64,000 nucleotides of DNA from Raja brachyura (Eukaryota), in the NCBI GenBank assembly GCA_963514005.1, contig OY740813.1, positions 10,602,001-10,666,000 of the forward strand, given 5' to 3'. Shown here one piece after another: positions 27,546 through 40,162 of this stretch. Each line of letters begins with the position of its first letter. Within the stretch, counting starts at the first letter, position 1. The notes beneath the pieces were generated by a model. The model was not told the DNA's origin. It worked only from the letters and a program-made list of their open reading frames with translations, and made no database searches. The translations under genes were made by a program, and so were the position numbers.

Positions 27546-28794
27546 TCAACCCTGTGGATCCTGGGCATTTCCAGCATGATTTGGAGGGAGCACGATTTAG
27601 TACAACAAAATAGAGAGAAAAATAACCTTGACCTTATGGATTTGGAGATAATATTTATTGCCTTTTGGCTCACTGCATGATGAAGATTAGATATCCTCTC
27701 TCATTACATCACCATCCAATTAAATTTCATGCATTGATTTTTTTTTAAATGTACAAAAAAAAAACAACAAAGCAAGAGTTCAAAATATAACAAAAATTCC
27801 CTAGAGGAGAGAAAAGAGAAAATTGGAGGTGGCGGCAAGAGAAAAACGTTGTTCCATCAATAGCGTTTTCCCTACCCCTTCATGAACAAAGGAGGAGTGG
27901 AATGGGCCGGGAGAGAGATTGAAATATTTCCCACCTCGAACCAAATAATGTCCAGGAAGGAAGGACACTATCCTTTATGGGATTACGGTTATTTAACAAT
28001 GTGCTCTCTGAATTTAATTTGAGGATTTCAACATGTATTTTTTAGTAGGATCTTCAGAATGAATCTACCAGCCTTTAATATCAAATGTTAATTGATCTTA
28101 AATGGTGATTTAGAACAATATTTAAGACAATTCTAGTCATTGAATCAATTAATTATTTTAATATTTCCATTCCCCATTAAGATTTTTGCGAAATAATGTG
28201 AAATTTAACAATGATTGTAATTTTGATAAGCAAGTATATGTTATGTGTAGTACCGCATATTTATTCCAACCATGCTTATCTCACTTTATCACTTTTCCCG
28301 GTTGTCACTACGCCAACAAGACACTTACTCAAGTGTATTTTTAGTATGCAGTTCATTATCTGGACAATTGGCGTATATGCATCTGAAAAACGTCACCCGA
28401 CCTGTGGTTTGGCTGTCATTCAGCTATTGTTCAATATATTGAATGCACTTAGAACAAGAGTAGGGTCAGGAATTCATCCGTCACAATAGCTGCATTAACA
28501 GATCACTTGATTCTTTACGTAATCTGTTGACAAAAACCCGAGCATGAAATGTTTCCACTCACCAACTGATCACTTTTTCATTCCATCACCTTTAGATGGA
28601 AGCCTCCTTTACATCTTTTCACCGTCAGAGTGGATCCAGTTTTTAAAAATGATGGCAATCATCAATAAAGTTAGTTTGACGGGAACTTCCTTGAACAAGT
28701 TATTTTGCAAGGAATAGTGATTTAATGCTACTACTGTCATGACATCTTCTGACGTCCATTCTCCCTCACATTGCCTACAAACAAACTTTAACTA

Positions 28795-29870
28795 GTTTAT
28801 GTTTTTTAGTTTACAATTACGGCATGGAAACAGGCCCTACGGCCCACACCAATCATGGATCACCTATTCACACTAGTTCTGTTATCTACTTTCGCATCCA
28901 CTCCCGACACCCTACAGGCAATTTACAGAGGCCAAACCACCTACACACCTGTATGTTTTTGGGATGTGAGAGGACACAGTACCCAGAAGAAACACTTATT
29001 ATTGGAAACACTAACCCAGGGATTGGCAGCCTCGCCAACAGTCTGCCTGTTTTTTTTGTTACTTTTTGGTCTGTTTTGAAAGTTTGTTTTAATGTTCTCC
29101 GTTTTGTTTTATGTGGGGGAGGGGGATCGGTTTTTCAATCTCTTACCCTGCTAGAGATGCAATTACTTTCCGGGTTGTATCTCTGGTCGCTCTGCGGCCT
29201 AACATCGTGGAGCTGGAGGCCTTGCTCGGGACTGACTTTGATCCCCACCCCGGGGCGTGGAGTTACCATCTGAGCCAATCCCTTGCCTGGGATCGCTCCA
29301 ACTGTGGCCTGTGAACTTTACCATCAAGAGCTCGCAGTCTCGAGAGAGAGACCATGGATGTCAGGAGCTCCAACGACACAGAAGGTTCGACCAGCCCTGA
29401 CCCAGGGTCAGATCGCTTGGCGCGGGGGAGCTGAGATTACCCTCCCCCCCGATGCAGGAGTGATCGCCCCAGCAAGGAGGGCCCGAACGCTGTCGGCTAC
29501 GGGAGTAAGATCGTCCCGTCAACGGAAGGCTCGAGGCCGCCGACAGAGGGAGGACAAAGATGGGAAGAGATTGAACTTTTTTTTCGCCTTCCATCACAGT
29601 GAGGAATGTGGAGGAGTCACTGTGGTGGATGTTTATGTTAAAATGTATTTTGTGTGCCTTGTTGCTTTTTATTTGTATGTCTGACTTGGCAAATGAAATT
29701 CCTCGTATGTTGCAAAACGTACCTGGTTAAAAAGTATTATTGTATTGTCTTGTTTTATGGTCACAAGAAGAATGTACAAACTCCACACAGACAGCACCTA
29801 AGGTTGGGATTGAGCCCACGTTTCCCGCGCTTTGAGGCAGCAGCTCTACCAGCTGCACCACTGTGCTGCT
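28795..29870 (-). mobile_element. V-SINE (HE1-like) split by an insertion at about 29025-29750
   Basis: The CR1-type tail and V-domain lie at 28795-29000. The tRNA-derived head is at 29757-29870. Confidence 0.8.
29025..29750 (+). mobile_element. GC-rich non-autonomous retroposon (related to 35265-36045)
   Basis: Shares a T-rich 5' part, catcgtggagctgg, the 3' hairpin ccatcacagtga..tcactgtggtgg and a (tattg)n tail with the 35265 copy. Confidence 0.7.
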
Positions 29871-31069
29871 CATAGCCATCATAATTGAAGAAGTGTTCCA
29901 TTAAAATTTACCAGAGATAAATATTTAGATTAGTGACTATTAATTAAAAAAAAAAAATTCTATAAGTTTCTTTAAATATCAGTGTCTACACTTAGTATAT
30001 AGAGAGCAATGTACAGCTCAATTACACTCAATAATTATTTTTGGAATGCAACTAAATCAATAAAAGTAAAATCCCACGGCAGGAGAGTTTAAAACCAATT
30101 AGCGGCATCTAACACAGTGCAACATACATCCATTTTGAAAGATTCACCGATTTTGTTTCTGGTCACATATGACAATCCCCAAAATAATGCATTTTTACCA
30201 TCTTTGATCTACAGGAATCCCTGGAAAAGTAGTCTATTTGAGAACATCCCAATCTTACAGACTCAGACAACCGAGGCTTCCTAGAGACTATAGAATTCAC
30301 AACCCCATTAAAATTAGCACAAATTAGATGCTCTATTCACCAATTTGCTTGTATACATTTTTACCAACTCTTGCTTCCAACTCTCTACTCTTCAAACAAT
30401 TGCATCACAAACAGCAGGTAATGCCAACTGAGAATCCTATTTTAGCCATTTTGTTAAGAAGTTTCTATTTGGAGGCAAGTGATCAAACACTCAAATTAAA
30501 CCGGTTTTCAATGGGTTCTTTTTATTTCAGTTTCCATTAATGTTTGGAAAGCTCATTTCTTTACAAAGACTCATAACATTATTTCATTATATTAGTAACT
30601 GTTTCATTTTGTATATTAGAGGACAGATGACCTAGATTCTCATTTTAAAAAATTGTCTCTCATAACATCTAGCGCCTGGATTTGAGGGTGCGAGGACAGT
30701 CAAAGTGCAAATAGATTCCCATTCCTTCTCTCCAGAGTTCCTTCCTGTTCTGCTGAGTTACTCCAGCATTTTGTGTCTACCTGCAAATAGATTTCTGCTG
30801 CTCTCCCATCAACTGCTGATTCATAGATATTGCAAACAAGAGGAATGAGGCATAGACCTAGGACACCGTGAACTGTTACTCTGCTGGTAATCCTGCATCA
30901 ATAAATGTCTCTGGAGAACATTAGATCAAGTCAAAAGACATTTGAGATATGGCAGTGAATTCATTGCTCTTAAACTATAATATTTGGAAAAACCTGCTTT
31001 CTTTTGTTGTATGAACCCAGCCTCATCTGTGCAGAGTTCATGAACTAAGGTGGGCATTAAAACACTTAC

Positions 31070-31116
31070 GTTTTGAAGCATGGATCTCCTGACAATAGTT
31101 GCATACCTATAGTGAC
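31070..31116 (-). CDS. EEIG1: EEIG1/FAM102A exon 5
   Basis: Reads VTIGMQLLSGDPCFKT; ttttgcag acceptor and gtaagt donor. Confidence 0.95.
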
Positions 31117-31231
31117 CTGCAAAACAAAACAGCTTGTGTAAAAAAATGATAAGACATCTGCTAAAATAATCATCACCTGTAGCCCTGAGAATAGCAACTG
31201 ATTGAAGGATTAAGCAGCAATCTGCTCATCA

Positions 31232-31610
31232 GGAGGATGAGGGGTGATCTTAGAGGTGTATAAAATCATGAGGGCAATAGATTGTGTAAATGCAGAGTCT
31301 TTTAACCAGAAAAGGGGATTCAAGAACCAGTGGACATAGGTTTAAGGTAAGGGGGGGGAAGATTTAATAGGAACACAATGGGTAACTTTTCTTTACACAA
31401 AGTGTGGGAGGTATATGGAATGAGCTGCCAGAGGAGGTAGTTGTGGGTACTATCACATGTTAAAAAAAAAAAAATTGATAGGTACATGGATAGGATAGGT
31501 TTGGAAGGATATGGGTCAAATGCAGGCAGGTGGGACTAGTGTAGATGGGGCATGTTGGTTGGCATAGGCAAGTTGAGCCGAAGGGCCTGTTTCCAGCCCA
31601 AATGACTTAA
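31232..31610 (+). mobile_element. CR1 3' fragment
   Basis: ggaggatgaggggtgatctt (RRMRGDL-like) through the tail gccgaagggcctgtttcc. Confidence 0.8.
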
Positions 31611-31698
31611 TTGCTCTAGTGATTTAATTCATAATCAAATAATCTCAAACAGAAATACTAGAAGTCATCAAAAACTCAAGTCTTATAATTACTATAAT

Positions 31699-31792
31699 TC
31701 TGAAGAAGGGTTTCGGCCCGAAACGTTGCCTATTTCCTTCGCTCCATAGATGCTGCCTCACCCGCTGAGTTTCTCCAGCATTTTTGTCTACC
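31699..31792 (+). mobile_element. Penelope-type repeat half copy with hammerhead core at 31700-31727
   Basis: ctgaagaagggtttcggcccgaaacgtt followed by the family consensus. Confidence 0.8.
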
Positions 31793-32401
31793 TCCTATAA
31801 TTAGTTCCAGTTTAATAATATATTTTGAAAGTGGGTTGGACTGTGCTGGACCAAACCTGCATTTCTCCTGGGATGGTCACAGTCACATCTTATATTTTGT
31901 TGCAGGGCTGGCAGTGCCCAGCTGGCTGTACTGTTGTGGCTGCTAAGTAAGACAGAGCAGTGTGCAAACAACGCCTAGACCAAATGAAGGCCACAGACTA
32001 CCCTGATGGCTTAGTGAAGGCTTGTGCTGCCTGGCCTTTCTAATGTTTCCAAATGTTCACAATCACAGATATTTAGGTACAACAGAATAATATTTAAATG
32101 ATGATAGAAATTTAAAAAAAATAAGGAAATTAAGACTCAGAAATGCATTCAACTTTACAAATGTATTTTAATTATCTTTAAGGCTTTAATGAGGTATTAT
32201 AAAAAAACTTTTGGAGAAGATTGGTGATCCTACTCATGAGTGTGTTACGCCAGATGTTCCAGCTGTGGCAGTCATAAAGCTGTAGGAATAGTTATAAGTA
32301 AATCTGGTCATTCAGCCCAGTGTATTATGGAGCTCTGAGTGCTATCACGTCTCGACGTGCAAGTGCAGAAATCCAGAAGACAATCACACATACACTGCAG
32401 C

Positions 32402-33381
32402 CAGGCACATGCCGTGAGTAATTACTCAAGGTAGGCAGTCAGCCGGCTTTTAAAAAAAATCTTAAACCGCGCATGCGCAGATTGTTCTCTTCGTAAAAAA
32501 TAAGTAACAATTCAATTTTTCCAAGGCTTCTCAATCGCCTTAATTTATTAATTACTGAATGGGTGGGAGACGGAGGATGAAGGCAGCTGGAGAGATAGTG
32601 GGAAAAACGGGAGCACACCGGGACGTTGAATCAGTTGTCATCTTATTGAATGGCAATACTAATTCAAGGGTCCAATTAGAGGGAGAGTTCCTTTCACAGC
32701 GTGTGGGGAGTCTGTGCCAGGGGTTAAAAGCGGGGAGGGCAGGAGTGTTGAGAAGGAAAGGGTCGAAGATCATATCAGTAACTCACTCACCGTTGCCGCA
32801 GCGCTCCGGGCACGGACAGCAGAACTGGCTGCCACTTCCGGGGATAGAAGCAGCTCAGGTGACTGCGAGTGGCCGCCGGGACCCGACAACAGAACCGGCT
32901 GCCACTTCAGCCCCTTCTGCTGGTCCCCACTCACCTCTGGCAGTGCTCTCCGTCTGAATATTTCTCACCTGCCGCTCGCCGGCTTCGCTCATGTCAACCG
33001 CGTCCCGCAAATCCTTAAATTCCCACAGCCAAGTAACCTCAACTGGTCCCGTGAACGCGCTGTCGGAATTTAAAGATTTGCGGGAAGCCGGCCGGCGAGC
33101 GGCAGGTGAGAGATGTTCAGACGGAGAGCACTGCCAGTAGGATGCTGCGCATGCGCAGTTATGCAAAGGCAGAGTTTCTGATGCCTTCAGCCCCGCTTGA
33201 AACTGACGGTTTCCAGCAGCGCTGACGGCACGTGTGCTGCAGAGAGCTTCCCGTGTTCCTAGCGCTGCGGAAGAGATCGATCTCTTAGATAGGCATAATT
33301 CTCCCATGCCTTTACTATTTATATTTAATAATTGCCATTTCATGCAGTGCCTACCTTGCCTACCCTGACGGCACGTGCCTG
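32402..33381. mobile_element. Non-autonomous hAT-like DNA transposon
   Basis: 14-bp TIRs caggcac(a/g)tgccgt with subterminal caaggtaggca at both ends. Perfect 8-bp TSD ACTGCAGC at 32394-32401 and 33382-33389. Confidence 0.9.
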
Positions 33382-33469
33382 ACTGCAGCTAACTGGTGTT
33401 CCTCAATGGAATCGCATGCTACCCAGTGACTTCAGTCCTATTATGTATTGGAAGTTGGGGGGATAATTT

Positions 33470-34200
33470 GCTTTCTCTTTGTTAGTGGTGTGGTGATCTA
33501 TTGATGACCACAGTGCAATATTCCTTCAATGCCGTCTAGAGTCCAGACAGCAATCCACCTGCTATCAAGGCCCAGGGAGTGTAGGTACCCGAAATGCAAC
33601 ATGTTAGTATGCTGGTACAACACATAGGCGGTTGGAGCACAAAGGAACGGAATTCATGCTACAACAGTGTGGGGCTTTTATATGACCACATCTGATAACA
33701 TTGCACTGTTCTGGTCTCCTTGCCTAAGAATACATCACGTTGGAACAATGCAATTGAGGTTTACTCTATTTAATCCCTGCCTTTCAAAGAATGCATGCAT
33801 ATAATGGACCAATACTTTAAAACTAAATCGGCTGAAATTATGTGAAAAATGTTACACAAGTACCATTCCCTTTTTTAGAAGAATGAGAGGTGACCACGTT
33901 GAAACATACATGATTCTCAGGCAGTGACATGCTAAACAGCCATTTCCTCCGACTGTGGTCCAGAGCTAGGGTCTTTAGTCTCCGGATCAGAAACTAAAGT
34001 GATTTGTTTTACACCAACTCAGCACGTTGCAAATGTTTGGGCATCCATAGTTCCTTGAAGTATAGAATTTTAATGGTAATTTAATATATTTAAGGCCAAG
34101 ATTGAAGCCAAGATCACGCAGGGAATCACAAGGTTGTGACACCAGATAGAAAATTGGGCAAGGCATAAAACCTGCCCTGATTTTATAAGAAACTTAATAA
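33470..34200 (+). mobile_element. Old degraded CR1 fragment
   Basis: gaccacatctgataacattgcactgttctggtctcc (RPHL..C..FWSP-like) and agaagaatgagaggtgac. Confidence 0.6.
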
Positions 34201-34289
34201 TTTTGAACATTCACATTCAACTAAGACTTTGTTTTAAATATATAATTGCTTTTTCTACTTTATACATCAATGTTCTCTATCAGCAATTA

Positions 34290-34445
<156 letters not shown>

Positions 34446-35264
34446 TTATCCTGACCAGTACTTGTGGACAACAAAACCCATTGAAACCAAAACTAATTTA
34501 TCTTCATGTTTTTAAACCATAACTATAAGATGTTCTCACTTTTTCTAAAACAGTGTTGACTATAACCATTACTGGAAACAGTCTAACACACAATCGGTTC
34601 ATTGTTATTCAGATTTAAGTCCTTAATCCAGAACTTCATTTTTCCATTCTACAATAAAAATAAGTTTTCACAGGCAGGAAAACTGCCTGAGCAGATAGAT
34701 GTCTCTACAAACAGGCAGCATTTTTCCAGGAAGTACTGTAAAACAATGCTTATGCAGTAATGATTAACCAGCAAAATGCACTGTACATGCCGATTTGGTC
34801 AAGCAACAGCAAAAACTATTCTATAATCACTCTTAACAATAAATATAAACTAAACACATAGGTGTACATTTGACTTGAAAAATCAGACCTTAAAAGCTAC
34901 ATTTCTTTGTAAACCACAAGATCAGGTCAAATCCAAAATTCAAACTCTAGTTGATAAATGGGGGAAAAAATGACAGAAATTTAAAAGACTAAAGGAAGAG
35001 ATTTATTTATAAATGGGATTTAAACAAAAAAAAGTACAGTATTGTTCATCAGTAAACAAATTGCAAATTCTATTTTGCAGATATGGCAGTGTTCCACGTG
35101 GCAATATTGTAACTACATTCATCGCTAAAAATTAGAAAACAACAAATAAATTACACACTAAAGTTATCCTGTGAACGTGAAAACCTGATTCATGAAGGGA
35201 TATTGGTAAAAAGATCAAGATATTTGAGAAAATCTAAATCTGGTTTCATCTGGTTTACATTGGT

Positions 35265-36045
35265 GTGCAAGATGGCGGCGCCTCGCGGCAGCAGGCTCTG
35301 CAGTCCGTCTGTCTTTTAATTTTTGTCCTGTTGAGTGTATAGTTTGGTTGTAGTTTATATATACAGCTAAAAACAATATATGTGGGGCCGGGGGGGGGGG
35401 GGTGGAACTTTTAAATCTCTTCCCTATACGGGGGACCCGACCTTTTCCCTGTTGGGTCTCCGTTGTTGTTTGGGCCTAGCCCCGTGGAGCGGTCTCCAAC
35501 TGGAACGATCTGCGGGCTCACCATCGTGGAGCTGGCTGACTTCGGAGCGTGGAGAGCTGGGGTGACGCGCGGCTGCAACCCGACTTCGGAGCTTCAGAGG
35601 CTCCAGCCGCAGGCCCGGTGGACGTTGACATCGGGAGACCGCTTTTCAGAGCTCCCGCAACGACAACTTCTCCCGCCTGAATTGCGGGGTTGAAAACGAC
35701 CCGGAGCGGGGCCTTACATGGCCCGGCGCGGCTTTAACGGCCGCGGGACTTGCCATCGCCCGCTGGGGGCTCCAACATCAAGACCCCTAGAAGGGCCTTA
35801 CATAGCCCGGCGCGGCCTTAACGGCTGCGGGACTTGACATCGCCCGCCGGGGGCTTAAACATCGGGAAAAGAATGGAAAACAGAAGAGAGCAAATTACTT
35901 TGCCTTCCATCACAGTGAGGGGGAGATTCACTGTGATGGATGTTTGTGTAAATTGTGTTAATTGTGTGTCAAATATTGTGTGTCAAATTTTGTTTGAACT
36001 TCATTTGAGGTTCAAATGACAATAAACAGTATTGCATTGTATAAA
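35265..36045 (+). mobile_element. GC-rich non-autonomous retroposon with internal ~84-bp tandem duplication
   Basis: Starts caagatggcggcg. The duplicated unit is at about 35709-35778 and 35793-35863. It ends with a 3' hairpin, aataaa and a (tattg) tail. Confidence 0.7.
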
Positions 36046-36581
36046 GTATTTGGAATAATATACTAACAACAATGATATCAAAGTGCTTTCAATGAAGATG
36101 TCCCTCTTACGGTCACGTTTTCTCCTTTACTATGAGCTCAGGTAAAACAGCTAGCTACTGCAATTAAAACAAATTACATAATAATTTTTTTTAAATCTCC
36201 TTTAAGGTTGTTATGTACGTAGGGAGTCAGGGTAAGTCACTGTCTTTATAATGAAAAAACAAGCATGGAGTTCAAATGTGTATCCATTAACATAATTTAC
36301 AGATGCATTGATCTACATAGTCGTGAATAACAATCAACTACCCGTGATTCAAACTAATTACCATAATTGATCAATTCTTATCCGGTTGCTAATCAACTAA
36401 AGCAAACAGAGAATATTATAATTTTTTGCTCGGGGAATTGAGTACCAAAGCAGGGAGGTTATGCTTCAGTTAAGTAGGGCACTGGCAAGACACATTGTGC
36501 GCTTCTGCTTATAATATTGGTCCCTACATGTAAGGGAGGATATAAGTGCCTTGGAAATAATTCAGAAAAGGATTTACCAAA

Positions 36582-36962
36582 CTTAGATTAGATTAGATTA
36601 GATTCTTTATTTGTCATTCAGACCTTTCGGTCTGAACGAAACTCTGTTCCCCTGCAAGTCAGTCCCGCGGTTCAACCGAGCTCCATGAATGGGCCGGTTC
36701 AACTCCGCGGCCTGGGGGGTCCACCGGGCCCGTGGTCGGGCCGCTGCAACCGCTCCGGGACCGAGTCGGGTCGCCGCCCCGGGACCGAGTCGGGTTTCCG
36801 CCGCCGCCGCTGCTGGGACCGCTCCGGGACCGAGTCGGGCCGCCGCCGCCGCAGGAACCACTCCGGTAGTCGGGCCGCCGCTGCTGCTGCCGCCGCCGCT
36901 GCTGGAACCGCTCCGGGAGTCGGGCCGCCGCCGCCGCTGCTGGAACCGCTCCGGGAGTCGGG
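36582..36962 (-). mobile_element. 5'-truncated retroposon with (AATCT)n tail and GC-rich ~40-bp minisatellite body
   Basis: ttagattagattagattag plus tttatt on the + strand. Repeated unit ccgctccgggaccgagtcgggccgccgccgcc. Confidence 0.65.
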
Positions 36963-37297
36963 AGTTTATTATGAAAACTTGTACCTGGAATGACTAATTT
37001 GTCTTATCAGGAAAGGTTGGATTGACTGGACTTGATCTGGCTGGTATTTAGAAGAGTAAGAAGTGACTTGATTAAACATATGGTCCTGAGGGATCATAAC
37101 AGAGTGGACATGAAGAAGATATTTCCTCCTGTCGAAAATTTAGATCCATGGGCCATTGTTTAAAAATAAGGGATTGCCCATTTAAGACACAATTGAGGTG
37201 CATTTTTTGGGAGGGGAGGGGTCGCAAGTCTTTGGAACTCCTCCTCGAAAAGGGAGACGGAAGCAGTCTTTAAAATATGTGAGACAGAGATATTTAA

Positions 37298-37420
37298 GAA
37301 AGAACTGCAAATATTGGAAACATCGAAGGTAGACAAAAATGCTGGAGAAACTCAGCAGGTGAAGCAGCATCTATGGAGCGAAGGAATAGGTGACGTTTCG
37401 GGTCGAGATCCTTCATCAGA
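37298..37420 (-). mobile_element. Penelope-type repeat half copy
   Basis: gaaactcagcaggtgaagcagcatctatggagcgaaggaataggtgacgtttcgggtcgagatccttcatcag. Confidence 0.8.
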
Positions 37421-37690
37421 TAGATGGGTTCTTGATAAGCATGGGGATGGAAGGTTACACGAGAAAGGGCAATTGTGATTACAATCAGATCTACAATATT
37501 ATGAATTTGCAGAGCTGGCTTGTGAGGTTACATAGTCTACCCCTGCTTTTAGTTCGTTCATATGAATGTTCATCATTTTTTTCTCCCACCCCATCACATA
37601 CACAAGATTATACTGTGCTTTCTACATAGAGGTAAAAGTGCACTTGTGCATTTGGGTTATCGAAATACTGCACTACTTTCCCAGCTATGA

Positions 37691-37981
37691 GGGTGTCATG
37701 GTGGCGCAGCAGTAGAGTTGCTGTCTTAACAGCACCAGAGACCCGGGTACGATCCTGGCTATGGGTGCTTGTCTGTACATTCTCCATGTGACCTGCGTGG
37801 GTTTTCTCCAAGAACTTTGGTTTCCTCCCACATTCCTGCGACATACAGGTTTGACTTGGTATAAATGTAAAAATTGTCCCTAACGTGTGTAGGGTAGTGT
37901 TAATGTGTGGGGATCGCGGGTCGGTGCGGACTCTGTGGCCCAAAGGGCTTGTTTCCATGTTGTATCTCTAAACTAAACTAA
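37691..37981 (+). mobile_element. Full-length tRNA-derived V-SINE (HE1-like)
   Basis: A box tggcgcagcagt, B box gggtacgatcc, V-domain cgtgggttttctcc...ggtttcctcccacattcc, CR1-derived tail and (taaac)n end. Confidence 0.85.
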
Positions 37982-39399
37982 GCTATCTGATATTCAATGT
38001 ACCCAAAAATAGATAAGTGCCTCTAAGGGTCAATGCAATATAGTTATCCCATAACCAACCCATATTGTTTATTTAATAATGTTCCACTCTGAGACGGGCA
38101 TCATACAAGTATCCTGTTGCTGTCGTTACAGCAAGTATGAACGGGAGAACAGGAAAAAGGTAAGATAATAAATTCAAACTACGAACTACACAAATCTCCA
38201 AAGAGTCAAGTGGATTCTTAATAAGTTTCTAACAAGAGGATGCCTTATCAGCATGGTGCACAAATACTTCCTCAGGCTGGGGAAACTTAAAAGTCTCTTG
38301 TCATTCAAGATTTATGTCAGAAAACCTATCATGGTAAGCAAATGCCAGGAAAGGTTGCATTATTCCCGAAGGCAAAAATATGCTGAAATTATTAAATACA
38401 CAAGTATCCATTGTAGCTTGATCCATTTGTAGTTGAAATGTCAGGCAAGCTCATTTCTGGAGATGGAGGAAAAGAAATTGAAAAGTCCTTCAGCAGTCCT
38501 TCTGATTGTTTCAGCTTTAACGTGCTGCAAACATAATGTAATTAACAGAAGGCACCAAATACAAGAAGGAATGAAGTGGGGAAATAGAGGGGGGGGGGGG
38601 AAATAATGTGTTTTAAAACTGTCTGGTGATAGGGCAAGGATAGGCAAAATAATTGAGAAAAATATATAATCTCTCTTAAAAGAATTATTCTCACATAATT
38701 CACCATGGCAAAAAAAACACTAAGCCCTTGTTCACAGAAAAAATACAGATACAAAACAGAAGGAAAACCAGTGTTGTCTGTACCAAATATAATCCATATT
38801 TATATAGTTTTTCAGCTATATGTAAATTTAAAAAAACCTTTCACTGTCCAGATTTTTCGTGGGCAAGCTGCCATTTAAATTCACTGTATTGTACTTGATC
38901 CGAAACCCAAGGTCAATAAAACTAAGGAGGCAAATCTATCACAAATTATCAGAGTCTAAGCATGCAATTCCTCATTTAGTTTCCTGCTTTAGTGCGATAA
39001 CACATTTATTGACCCTACCAATTTTAATATCAAGATACCAAATGCAGTCGATTTCTTAGTACGCTGTATCTGGCAGAAGGAAAATTCCTTGAATCATTTA
39101 GCAGCATGAAGCAGTCAACGTTCTGGACTGATGACCCTGGAAACCAGAGCAGGAAGACCAGCAGAAAATAAATGAATATGCGCAAACATTTCTTTAAATG
39201 GAGGGAGGGAAGGGTAAGGATTCATTCCACAAGAAGAAAAACCAGTTCAGGGTAATTAAAGGTTCAGGGTATTTAAAATAAAGTCCAGATCGGCATGCAA
39301 TATTCAGCCTTAGAATCTCAAAATGTTGTACCACATTTAAAATGCTTGCTCTGCATGAAACAATACAAAAATATTATATATCATATATCCTCTCTCTTA

Positions 39400-40162
39400 A
39401 GGGGCTGTCCCACTGCGGTGACCTAATCCACAAGTTAAGAAGAGTGTCTTCGACCTTCAAGCTGGAGGGCACTCGCCTGGAAAGTCTCCAACTGGATCGA
39501 ACGTCCGCGTTGAAACCGCGAGCTGGATGGAACACACAAACTCACAGCAAAGGCGGGGGCCAGGGAAAGCGGGGGAGTGCTGTCTGCACGATGAAGAGGA
39601 AGGTAAACGGCTGCCACAGTGTACGGTAAGTCCTTTAGAGAGCACGGAGGGGGGGTGGGAGAGAAGGAGAGAGAAAGAGAGAGAAGGGGAGAGAAAGAGA
39701 GAGAGATAGAGAGAAAGAGAGAGAAGGGGGGAAGAAGGGATGGAGAAGCAGTGGAGACACTTTAAGAAGTATAATAAAGTTTAGCGGGCATTTTACCTAC
39801 CGGTCGGTTTTCCTGGGTCCTGAAAACTCCAATGAGCCAATCAAAATGCCCGGTCAGCGAAGGAGATTGCCTACGGCTGCCCTCGACTGCCTGTAACTAC
39901 ATAGTGACCCCACTCCTCTGTACTACGAGTTCAAAAGGACCATGCCGACCATATTTTACTCGCGGAAAATTTTTCAACAGCTGAAAAATTTTCCGCGACC
40001 TAGCTGTGGCCACGAGTATTCGGGAACTTCCCTCAAGCATGAAGGAGAGTTCCAGCGTCCACATAGGACCTCCTAGGACCACGTGGCGATCATGCTGCGA
40101 GTTTGAAGGTCGAAGACACTCTTCTAACTCGCTGATTAAGCTGCCCAAGTGGGACAGCCCCT
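39400..40162. mobile_element. PIF/Harbinger MITE
   Basis: TIRs aggggctgtcccact extend imperfectly for about 65 bp (gaagagtgtcttcgaccttcaa). 3-bp TSD TTA. Internal (GA)n tract. Confidence 0.9.

Larger units (their letters stand above)
36430..37560 (+). mobile_element. Old CR1 fragment interrupted by two insertions (36582-36962 and 37298-37420)
   Basis: ggaattgagtaccaaagcagggaggttatgcttcag (GIEYQSREVMLQ). The sequence resumes after 36980 with tttagaagagtaagaagtgacttgatt. Confidence 0.7.

Noticed and set aside
28824-29684. 149-aa and 133-aa ORFs
   Set aside because: They span SINE/retroposon junctions, show no protein-family signal, and are not kept in the related copy at 35265.
32552-33343. 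ORFs of 119-162 aa as a transposase or novel gene
   Set aside because: No BED finger, DDE or hAT dimerisation motif; they sit inside a non-autonomous element.
35709-35863. CRISPR-like repeat-spacer pattern
   Set aside because: Only two long tandem units inside a retroposon, in a vertebrate context with no cas genes.
36607-36997. Ala/Arg/Gly-rich ORFs in three frames
   Set aside because: Translation artefact of the GCC-rich minisatellite.
37691-37770. tRNA gene
   Set aside because: A and B boxes are present, but the sequence continues into a V-domain and CR1 tail. It is a SINE head without a complete cloverleaf.
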